Source of the DNA: Octopus vulgaris
Lineage: Eukaryota
Assembly (NCBI GenBank): GCA_951406725.2
Contig: OX597826.1
Span: 40,052,001 to 40,116,000, forward strand
DNA: 64,000 bases
Reading direction: 5' to 3'
Part shown: piece by piece, positions 53,115 to 64,000 of the stretch
How the letters are laid out: each line of letters opens with the position of its first letter
Position numbering within the stretch: the stretch's first letter is position 1
Program-made: the position numbers and the translations under genes
The notes under the pieces: model-generated
Told to the model about the DNA's origin: nothing
The model's database searches: none
Seen by the model: the letters and a program-made list of their open reading frames with translations, nothing else

Positions 53115-56100
53115 TGTTATGGTTTCCTTCCATTATAACTTTATTTCAGCTGCCTTAGTAACAGCCATCCTCCGGTGGCCAAGAGTAGCAAGGGCACTTC
53201 TGTCTTGCTATGCATGCTAAAATTATCACCACATTTATTCCATTTTAGATGGAGAGTGCATTCCGTAGTATATGGTCTGTACCTATCAAGGTTTTTTTTA
53301 TAGTTCAAGGAATTTGGAGTTACCACAGAGTTGGTTAATATACTTCTCAGCTCCCTCTATCATTCCCAACGCAGCAATTACTACTGATATTATCGTAGAA
53401 TTAAACTTCCACATTATTGTGCTTTCAATTTGCAAATCTTTATAGAGAAATTTTTTGTATTCCTTTCTTGAGACATTTTGATCTTGTGAGACAGATATAC
53501 CTATAAGCAGACAAGTTCCTCTGTTGAGTCCTTGATCCTAATGTCTGGGCGATTGGAGCAAATTTTTCTGTCTGTTTGTATTGGGAAATTTCAAAGGATG
53601 GTATTGCCCTTGACATTTACTGCATCCGCTGGATGGTGCCTGTACCACTTATCCTGGGGTTTAATTTCGTAATATTTACAAGCATTCCAGTGGATGCACT
53701 GCCCTAGTCAGTCATGTCTTATGAGGTACTCATTTCAGCGGGGAGTGGGCAGCCAGAAACAACATGATCAATTGCCTCTATGAATTTTCGGCAAATTCTG
53801 CACGAGGAGTCAGATCCAAGAGTCTTTTTTTAATTTCTAAGTTTCATGACTGAAGCTTGCTTGGAATCTTCATGTTCCAGTGCAGTTCACAAGCGCACAT
53901 CACTTGTTGTATGAAGGCACGTTTCAAGGCCTATTATTGCTGATTTGAAGAATTTTTCGAACTGTATCAGGTCTCTTCCACCTATTTTTTGGGGGAAATA
54001 AATCCTGTCAATATCTGACTGTGGATGGTGTATTCCGTACTTTGTAAAGATTTGACAGATCTTTCCATCCATATTCTGCATGTCAGTGAGATGCGACTTA
54101 ATGATACCGAAGCTATATATGGTTACTGGTATTGCCAAAGAATTGGTCTGTTGGCAGCATTTAATTCTGAGTTTAGGACAATTCTTACCCTTCGATAGCA
54201 TTCCTTGCAGATTTTCTTTTTCATTCTAGAGGGCTGGATACCATCAGCTTCATTGGTTCCCAGATATTTGTATACTTCAGAATCGTCTAGGTTTCGAATA
54301 GCTGCAGTAATCTATGTTTTCTGCATTTATGAACTTCCCTGCTTTGAAAGTAGCCATTGCACATTTATCAAGTCTGAAATCCATACCTATATCAGAGCTG
54401 ATATCTTTGACAATATTCAGGAGCTTTTTTAATTCTTTGTCGTTTTCGGCAAACAGTTTTACATCATCCATATGAAAGATACTGCAGGCGATATTGATGT
54501 CTGGTGAGGTGGTATATCCTTGTGTATGGTTTAAAATTAGGGTAGTTCTCCATGAATTCATAATTTCTTTTAAAAAATCCACAATTGTTGGAGCTATCTT
54601 GTAAATTTTTTATAATCTATCCAAGCGGTGTGACAGTTTATGAGTTTGGATTTGCAATTTTCAATGACCATTTTATCAATCAGTAATTGGTCCTTACATC
54701 CATATGAACTTCTTTTACATCCCTTTTGTTCCACTAGGAATAACTTGTCCAAGAATTCATATGCTCTATTCATTATTATAGATGTTAATAATTTATATAT
54801 GGTGGCAGGGCATGTTATAGGTCGGTATTTTGTGGAGTTAGTATTTTCTTCTGTTTTTAGTAAGTGATATGTATTCCATTCTGTATGCCACTTTGGAGCT
54901 TTCGCAGGGTTGGACATGACTTCATTGAGTGCTACGGGTAAGTTGTGGCGGGTGCTCATGAAAGAGTTTAGCCCAAAGTTTGGAACCTTATCTACACCTG
55001 GGGATTTCCATTTCTTTGACTTGGCGAGTGCCGCTTTTACTTCTACATTTGCTATATCCTGCCATTCTTGATATCTGAGGTGGGCATTGGCCTCTTCTAT
55101 GTCCCTAACTCAATGTGTATTTTAATTAAACTCCTTTGGATTACTCCAAATGTTTTACCAAAATCTTCAGTTTGCTGCTAGGGAGGAGGTGTTTTTACAA
55201 TAGTGGTATTTTCCCCCAGTTCCCTGTAGAAATGTTTTTGTGTTCTCCTTGAATAATATATTTTATTTATGGAATACTGAGCGTGTTTTGTATCTTGCCT
55301 GTCGTTTGGTTTTTAATTGTTGTTTTTGTTTGAGGAATTCAATCTGTGTATTCTTTGTTTTCTTGTAAAGGGCACGCTTAGCAATTATTCCTATTAATTT
55401 GTTAGGTTTATTAGTTTTCCCTTTGCTTGCTTCAAGTAGAAAAGATATATCTGCTCTTGGGATGTTTTCCGGTTTGTTCTTTCCATCCATGAAGGCTGTT
55501 TGTGTATATTGCACTTTTGTTTGTCTATCTCAAATTTTAATACCGCATTTCTGAGTTGCAGCATAATCAGTTGAGTAAATGAATTAATCAATCACTCCCA
55601 GGGCATTTTCTCTATTCTCAAGGCGTTGTCGTATCAGCTTTCCAAGTGTTTGATCAACTTCATTGATTACTTTTCTGTTCTTATTAGTATTAATAATTTT
55701 GGGAAGTGGGGCTCTTTCGTGGAAAGTTTGATGTAGTTGTATTAGGTATTGTTCTGGTATTCCATCTAACACTTCATTGCTGACGTGATAATTTATAGCG
55801 TTTTCGTATCAACTGATGGTCCACCTTCATCGGGTTCTGTGTACCCAGTTTGCTGGTTTGAGTTAGTGACTTCAGAACTTTTTGCTTGTGGGTAAAAATG
55901 AGTGTGCGTTATACTAACCTGACTTTTGACTGATCTAACCATTTTGTCAATTTCTCTATCAGTCAGTCTTTTATTTTTTTAGGATACCACGTCTCACAAC
56001 TCCTAGTTTATTGCTGTCCATGTACAACCTGCTATGCGAATTATTGCACCACCAGATAGTATAGGTCTCTTTTTGTTTGGTTGATGTTTCTGGGTTTAGT

Positions 56101-56500
56101 GTTGAATGCATAACTTCGATATACTGCTCCTTAACCCATTTCTGTCTTGTACAATTATTTCTTTGAGATAGGTTTGGTAGCTAACCCAGAGCGTCAGTTT
56201 CGGGAATATCCCTGGCTTGATTTTCTGTAGGTTCTTGAGGAGGTTGGTCTTGATTTAAATACTTTTCGAGCTCTGTGTCAAAACCTATGGTCACTAATGA
56301 ACGCGTTCTTCGAACGACACGGGTTCTAGGAAGTATTTTCATAGTTGGTATCCAGGGCCGTGCTACAAGCGTACAGGGTTCCTTAGGTAAGGTTCAGAGG
56401 TTCCAGGCATCATCATTTACGGAGTAGGGGTTATTTTGAGCAGTTTCAAATTAGTTTATATCATGACCTGCCGTCTGGAAGGTGTCAAATGTCAGGCCGA
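53115..56500 (-). mobile_element. Older near-full-length R4/Dong-like LINE (pseudogenised)
   Basis: KYRPITCP, EQKGCKRSSYGCKDQLLIDKM, HMDDVKLFAEN and HHPQSDIDRIYFP...GGRDL. Knuckle and REL remnants at 53.35-53.8 kb and an (AAT)-like tail at about 53085-53114. Confidence 0.88.
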
Positions 56501-57247
56501 TAGAATTCATGTAGCATCGTAGAAAGTGACAGATATTTAATTCACAGCCAGAGAGAGACAGAGACGGGGAGACGAAAGACAGAACCATTATGTAGTCTTC
56601 AACTAGCATTACCTTCGAACTATTTCCAGTAAGATGGTGATGGCGTTGGCGGCGGCGGTGGTAGAAGAGGAAATAGGTTTATATATGTTATTATTAGTTT
56701 TGTTGTTGTTATTGTTGTTGTTGTTGCTGTTGTTATTGTTAGGACGAGATATATGTCAAAGATCTTTAAGGCTTTCTCATATCACATATACAAGATTTGT
56801 TAATATAAATGGAAAGTAATATTCAATTATATTGACAAAATCACAGTACAAGAACCAGATTCCCAGTGGATTAAATCTAAATTTACTTCATTTACTCAGG
56901 TAATTTACTTGGAGAATATAACTCATAATCTGTTGCCATTGGTCATATAATGTATTTATGACAATGTAAATGAATTTGTACAATAAACAGAAAATTGCTT
57001 CGGTGTCCGTAGTAAAATATATCTATAAAAGGTTTATGAAGACTAACCATGTAAAGTTCCGTCTGAAGTGTTAACCTTTGCATCACCTCATGTCGCATCA
57101 ATACGAAATTCTCGTTTATAGTTATGCATTAACTTACGTGAATTACTACTTTCGCCTACAATATATATCTAGTAATTCTGGTCTTTTCATTATTTGATTA
57201 GTTGAAAGTAAACAGTTTAACAATTCTTTTATTATGGCCCAGTTAGA

Positions 57248-57833
57248 TGGGAGCGAGCTGGCAGGATCGTTAGCCCGCCGGACGAAATGCTTAGCGGTAT
57301 TTCGCCTGCCGTTACGTTTCTGGGTTCAAATTCCGCCGAAGTCGACTTCGCCTTTCATCTTTTCGGGGTCGATAAATTAAGTACCAGTTACGCACTGGAG
57401 TCGATATAGTCGACTCGATCCGTTTGTCTCTCCTTCTTTGTTCTCTCTGTGTTTGGCCCCTTGTGGGTAGTAAAGAAATGGGTATTTCATCTGCCGCTAC
57501 GTTCCGAGTTCAAATTCCGCCGAGATCGACTTTGCCTTTCATCCTTTCGAGGTCGATTAAATAAGTACCAGTTACGCACTAGGGTCGATATAATCGTCTT
57601 AATCCGTTTGTCTGTCCGTGTTTGTCCTCTCTGTGTTTAGCCCCTTGTGGGTAGTAAAGAAATAGGTATTTCGCCCGTCGCGACGTTCTGTGTTGAATTT
57701 CCGCAAAGGTCGACTTTGCCTTTCATCCTTTCGCGGTCGATTAAATAAGTACCATTGAAACACTGGGGTCGATGTAATCGACTAGTCCCCTCCTCTGAAA
57801 TTTCAGGCCTTGTACCTATAGTAGAAAGGATTA
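57248..57833 (+). mobile_element. tRNA-derived SINE with three tandem 184-bp-period units
   Basis: One A-box head, then units starting GGTATTTC at 57297, 57481 and 57665. Each has a B-box and the GCCTTTCATCCTTTCG core; the last unit has a different tail. Confidence 0.85.
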
Positions 57834-58067
57834 CGGCCCAGTTTGAGAAGAATGAGTATCACGCTTGACAGTCGAAGGATATGTGAGGAATCGTTATATC
57901 AAAATATTAAAAGCTGCATGTCAAGATACTGGTATATTCTATGAAAAGATATCCTATTACAATATGAACACCGCTAAAAGTTTCGATCAAACACAACACG
58001 AAGGACTTGTTGTGTTGTAAACTTAGTATCATATATGATAGTGAAGGGAAACAACACGTACACGCAC

Positions 58068-58110
<43 letters not shown>

Positions 58111-58818
58111 AACACATCATCCAACGAGTTCCTGTTCGTGCCAGGATATTCTCTCTAGATGCTTCTCACTAACGCATAGTATCTGTGTGTGTGTGTGTGT
58201 GTGTGTGTGTGATTCTGCATTTGTAGTGGCATAAAATTGAACGAAGTGAGAAAACAATTGAACTCCTGTTAGGTGGAGTTAGATAATATTTCAGCGAAGC
58301 TTATTTAGGGGAAACGAACCTATTAATTACAGCGTAGCTATTCCCTTACCGATTGACTTATACAAACTTTCTAAGTAAAGGCAGATCCCATCTAGAATAG
58401 TTATAACCCTTGTACTATATCGATTATCTGGCACAATCAGTAAGCTGGCCTGTATCAGATATAATTAAGTATATTAAATAAGTTTAAATGTTTCTGTTAA
58501 AGGCAACTTTGCAGACTTTCAGATTAAAAAATAAAAACAGCGTTGCAGGCGCCAGTGTGAGTGTGTGGCTACAACTCCGTAGCATTTTGGCAGTTTCCAT
58601 TCCTTGACAGTAGTATATCAAAATGAAATATAATAATGTCGATTTATTCAAATTTGTTTTCATTTCAATCATTTGTTAAAGTACTTCAGGGTGCAACAAT
58701 AACAGATTCCTTTCTTGCCGTGGTAAGCATGGCTTTATTTTACATTATTACCACCGAAATTATTTGAATGATGTGTGCAAATATGCCACTAGAATTACCG
58801 ATATTTATACTGTTATTA

Positions 58819-59030
58819 AGGCGGGGGCTGACAGAAACGTTAGCACGCCGGGCGAAATGCTTAGCGATATTTCGTCTGTCTTTACGTTCAAGTTCTGCAA
58901 AGTTCGAGTTTGCCTTTCATACTCTTGGAATCGATAAATTAAGTATCAGTTGCATACTGGGGTCGATTTAATCGACTAGCCCCAACACACACCCATCCAA
59001 AACTTTCGGGCCTTGTGCCTAGAGTAGAAA
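58819..59030 (+). mobile_element. tRNA-derived SINE monomer of the same family
   Basis: GGCGGGGGCTGACAGAAACGTTAGCACG...GCCTTTCAT...GGCCTTGTGCCTAGAGTAGAAA. Confidence 0.8.
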
Positions 59031-59253
59031 CTATTTATACTGTTACTTTTCAAAAGCAGTTTCTGCTAGAATATACTTGACGACAATTTAAGTTTTCTTC
59101 AGTTTGTTTCTTCGATTGTTTTCTTTTGAAATTAGTAATTTCATTCAATGATTAAATCTCTATATTTATTAGTTTCTTTCGTATATTTTATTTTCCTTTC
59201 TTTTTTCTTTAAAATTGTTTTATATATATTAATTCTATTTTAATTCCAAATTC

Positions 59254-59285
<32 letters not shown>

Positions 59286-59759
59286 CACACACGCACACAC
59301 ACACATACACACACACACATATATTGTATATAATACGAAATCAATTTTCCTATGATGTGAAATTGTGTCCCTATGGAGTTTTTCGAAAAAGTGCAGAAGA
59401 AAACAAGGAACAAGCAACAAGACTGCCTTAATACAAGAAAATAGCAATTTCTAAATACACACGGTAAAACATAGATACATAAAAACAAAAAAAAAATCTT
59501 TCAAAAGGCGTAAGTTAGGGTATTAAAGAAAATCGTAATAACATAAGAGTACATTTTTAGCACAAAAGATGTTGACTACAATGTGAGGAGTGGTGGCGAT
59601 AAAATGAGCGTTACTAGGGGAAAGAAAGTCAATGTTATTGTTATTTCTAATGGTCGATTATTCGATTTGACTATTTACAGTATTGTAGTTTATAATCACC
59701 AGCATTAACTTGGCGAATGAAGAACGTATCCAAAAATGTTTGTGGTTTAAGACGCATCG

Positions 59760-61290
59760 TCTTTATGGCAACTCAGAATAGGAACTGAGCTCATTGTAAA
59801 CTCTTCTTGTAATTTTTGTTACATTCATAATAGGGTTTATTTTCAGCCAAAATCTGCGGAGTTTCCTCTCTATAAGGGCCAATCCTTTTGTAATAATTTT
59901 TGTAGTCAGTTTAAGTAATGCAGGCGAAACTTCCTTTGTTTCATCTATATTGTCGGTTTGCTTTTTTTCTGACTGCATCAGCATCTCATTATACAAACAT
60001 TCTCTCTGGGACATTAGCAACTCGATCACATTATCCTCTATAAATTCTTCAAATCCTACATCCTTTGCAAGTGTCACAATATTTTTGCGAATTTGACGTA
60101 GACTTTCTGCTTGAAGAAAACTTGTAATATGACAGATAATTTGGCCATATATTTTCCCAAGACCTATTCAAAGTTGTAAATTTCACTTCATCTCATGAAT
60201 CAGTTATATTATCAACAGCATCCATTATGCTGAATTTCTCCAAGAAATCTCTAACTGTAGGTTTATCCTCCCTTGTCAACTGCTTTCATAAGTTGTTTGA
60301 AAGTTCTCCTTGTACTTAGCTATCATACATTGATCCATTGACTGGAGCAATGAAGTTGTATTCTTGGGGATATTTTCTGTTCTCGCATTGCCAGAAAGGT
60401 TATCTGAGTTCGCTAGGTGGCTTGGTGCATTGTCTACAAGCATCAATACATTGTTGGAAATATTGTTCTCGTACTGTATCTTTCTATCGCAAGAGAAAAC
60501 GTGTTCGTAAACCTCTCTTTGAAAAGACTCTCAGTCGTCCATGCCTTCCTATTTGAACGCTAAATCAGAGGTAGATTGAACTTTGTGCAACCCTTGACAG
60601 CTCTCAGATTTTTGGAGTGATGCATTAGTAGGGGCTTTAATTTCAAATTACCAGTAGCATTTCCTCCCTAAAGATTGCCAGACAATGTGTAGAAGCTTTA
60701 CATTCTGGTGTCGATTTTTCATTTTTCTCCTCGAAAAATAAAAGTTCCTCCAGGTAGGTGCTTCCCGTAAAGTGCAGTTTCAACATTGCATACTTGCTCT
60801 GGTTTGTAGCCCCTTTCAACAATTATTTTCTTCAACTGCTTAGGATAAGTATTAGCAGCCTCTATATTCATGGATATCTTAAACCTATCAATCATGTCTT
60901 TACAACCCAAAATGGGTATTCCCTTAGAACCTGCACCCTTCTTTTCTGGAGCTCGTCCTATAAGCTTGCTTTTATTCAGTTATCATTGTGTTTACCGGCA
61001 GATTAAGCCGATAAACACAAGAGACGTTCCATTTTAAGCATTAGATTAGATCTATAGAAACATAAGTTCTGTGCAGTTAACGGAGTAGCTTCTTAAGCAC
61101 TTGACATAATTTTCTCTCTATTGACACACATTGATATCTCTGTAGGCGTTGCAAGACTTAATGCTTTGACCATAAATTTCTTTCCTGCATCAATTATTTT
61201 TTTAAAACACGAAGCTTAATCCATTTACGGTTCCTTCTTGCATTAGTACCGTCAGTTCTACTTGATAGCTTCTTTTCTGACATCTTAAAT
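59760..61290 (-). mobile_element. pogo/Tigger (CENP-B-like DDE) transposon remnant
   Basis: EAANTYPKQLKKIIVERGYKPEQVCNVETALYGKHLP (from YxPEQIFNxDETGL), LQSMDQ at about 60330-60348 and GFEEFIEDNVIELL. Confidence 0.8.
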
Positions 61291-62015
61291 CGACGGTAAA
61301 CCCAGCAGCAGCGATTAGTTATTCACAATAAATATGTAGAAAACTAAATTGGCCTAGAAAAGATGTTTTGGGCGAATAGAAAATTGTATTCCTATGAATG
61401 TAATAATAAAAATGAAATAAAAAGGTTGACTAAGGATACAAAAATATAAAATTACTATAATTAACTGAGGAGCCACCAGATTTTATAGGCAATTCGTTCC
61501 TTGCATTTCTGACTTAAGGCATAAACACACAAACACATACACTCACTTATAAGTAAAAACTCATACACACACGTTCACACACACATTCATGCACACACAC
61601 AAACAGACACACATACAAACGCATGTGTTGCAGTACATGATGATATCTTCTGCAGCTAATTGGAATCAAAAATTGACAGCTTATTAGTTGTGATGATGAT
61701 GGGGTTTGCATTGGTTTAGATGTTAGTGATGGTGATCAAGCATTGTTAATAGTGAAGTGGTCATACTGTTGTTACTAATTGTATTGTTGTGATTGTTTAC
61801 TTTCGGGACAATCCTCACAGACATAAGATCAAAATGTTCCATTCAACGTTTAGAATACACTAGGATACTACAGTATACGTTTCTAGTTGAAATGGTTTGG
61901 CTTATCTTCTTCATACTATATATATATCACCTCATACTATATATATATCACTGTTGCTGGTTGTGTTTGTGTTGGTGATAGAAACACTCGCACGCATGGC
62001 TGCATGCACACATTT

Positions 62016-62052
<37 letters not shown>

Positions 62053-62073
62053 AATCAATCAATCAATTAATCA

Positions 62074-62116
<43 letters not shown>

Positions 62117-62142
62117 CATCCATCCATCAATATATATATATA

Positions 62143-62334
62143 TAATTTATCTTATAGAAGGAGCTTCTACAGGACTAGAACTGTTTCATTCAAATGAAAT
62201 CATCAAATGATGATTTCATTTGAATGAAACAGTTCTAGACCTGTAGAAGCTCCTTCTATAAAATAAATTAATTTACTCTGCCATGTATTGAGTACCTTAT
62301 TTACTGTGGTTAACCCCGACTCAACCCGGGACCT

Positions 62335-62335
<1 letters not shown>
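62143..62335. mobile_element. Palindromic insert next to (TA)n (63-bp arms, 2-nt spacer, tail) comprising a 5'-clipped HHR
   Basis: Arms 62143-62205 and 62208-62270. The right arm reads TGATGA-TTTCatttGAAT-GAAACAG-ttctagac-CTGTA-GAAG. Confidence 0.75.
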
Positions 62336-62412
<77 letters not shown>

Positions 62413-62417
62413 GTATT

Positions 62418-62710
62418 GAAGGCGCAGGGGTCAGTCGTTAGAACGTCGAACTTACGGTCGTGAGTTTGTGAGTTCCATTCCCGTGTTGCGTGTTGTGTTC
62501 TTGAGCAAGACACTTTGTTTCACGTTGCTACTGTTCTTGACCTTTGCCCTTCCCTTGGATAACATCAGTGGCATGGAGAGGGGAGGCTGCTATAAAAGGG
62601 CGACTGCTGGACTTCCCTAAAAAAACTCTAGGTTGTGCGCTCGCCCTTGAGGTGACTTTCCGCCCAGACTTGTCCTGAGGAAGGTAACGTCTTAGGCGCA
62701 CCCATGGTCA
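62418..62710 (+). mobile_element. tRNA-derived SINE (degenerate)
   Basis: GAAGGCGCAGGGGTCAGTCGTTAGAAC...GAGTTCCATTCCC...CTTGAGCAAGACACTT. Confidence 0.7.
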
Positions 62711-62810
62711 TTCGTGACCGAGGGAGTCGAGTTGAGTCACATATATATATATGTATATATAGTCTCACATGATGTACATTATATATACATGTATGTGCGT
62801 ATATGTGTGC

Positions 62811-62914
<104 letters not shown>

Positions 62915-64000
62915 GTATGTAAGGTGGTAATAGTTTTTCAAATTGTTCTACTTTGATCTTAACGAAAACGCAAGTGGCCATTGAAGTAAGATGAAAGTGA
63001 TAATAATTTAACAATTTAAAACTACGCAATCCGAGTTTCAGTGAAACCGAAATCCCGTGAACTGAGGTAGGCATAACGCTGGTGATATAAAAATTTAGAT
63101 GTCAAATTAGTAATTAAGGATAATAATGAGACATTTATAATAAAACGGACGATTTGGGTTTCCAAGTAGCTTCAATGCCAAGGTTTAGTAGTAGAATTCG
63201 TTCAATTATAGATTTTTGGAAAGAATAAATAAACTATGATATTTAGTAAAACAAGAGTATAGATATGGTAAATTAGTTAAAACGTTTGGTTGCTGTTTAG
63301 GTGGTAGACTAAAAAATTTAAATAAATATGGTGTAATATCTAGCCTTCAGCTTAGTAAATATTTGTAAACGTCTAATGATTAGGATTAAAGACAATTGAG
63401 AAAGTAGTGGACTACGCACTGCGTCATCAATAGCTAAGACAATCTTTTGAGAAAATAGTTGACTGGACCTCGTGTGTCCAGATAACATGTAAATGGTAAT
63501 ACTTTATATTTTATATTATCTTTTAAATAGTTATATATTTCGCTTTAACCGTAACAATTATTAATTACAAGTATTCTTTTATTAGTTCCACATTATAAGG
63601 ATATGCATAATCTATGAAATTACTGGTATAAGTTTAACATTAAAACATGTAAGGATGACGAACATTGAATACGTATGGAGTGATTTAATTATTAACGTTT
63701 GGGTTATGAAATTCACTCATAATTAGTTATATTACTAGTTAAGTTGAATCAAGTTTTTTGTTTTTTGTTTTGGAAAGAATAGAATATAAAGGATTTCAAT
63801 TTTATATTAATAATTACGGAAGACTGGTGTGAATATTATCTGCATGGACTTCAAGTACTAGGTTTCTATTTAGTTAGGAGTTAGTTATAAGTTTAGTTAT
63901 TGAATTTATTTTACCGATACTGTTTTTGTACATAGGGTAAATGTTTGTATGCATATGTGTACCTATATCTAATTATCTGTCTGAATAACTTTCATATCTT

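Noticed and set aside
57297-57833. Regularly spaced repeats suggestive of a CRISPR array or tRNA gene cluster
   Set aside because: The units are wholly homologous SINE bodies with no unique spacers and no complete cloverleaf, in a eukaryotic context.

Overview
AT-rich, microsatellite-dense eukaryotic non-coding DNA. The SINE, LINE and microsatellite content points to an octopus or other coleoid cephalopod (inference from recall, no search run). No host gene is confidently identifiable; there is one weak candidate exon at about 27 kb. The window is almost entirely mobile DNA: a near-intact R4/Dong-type LINE (RT plus restriction-like endonuclease, REL) in a (TAA)n tract, about seven older REL-LINE remnants, a 5'-truncated CR1/L2-group LINE, RTE fragments, Penelope-like (GIY-YIG) remnants, two mariners, a pogo/Tigger element, a Gypsy-like gag remnant, MITEs, two Helentron/Helitron-like elements and many tRNA-derived SINEs. 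The main finding is four short, mutually unrelated inserts in (TA)n-rich tracts that share one architecture: inverted arm + arm + unique tail. Three carry type-I hammerhead ribozyme (HHR) cores, and one is intact on both strands. A local duplication supplies the empty site for that intact one. Further minimal or variant HHR motifs occur elsewhere. All calls are by eye and boundaries of degenerate elements are approximate.
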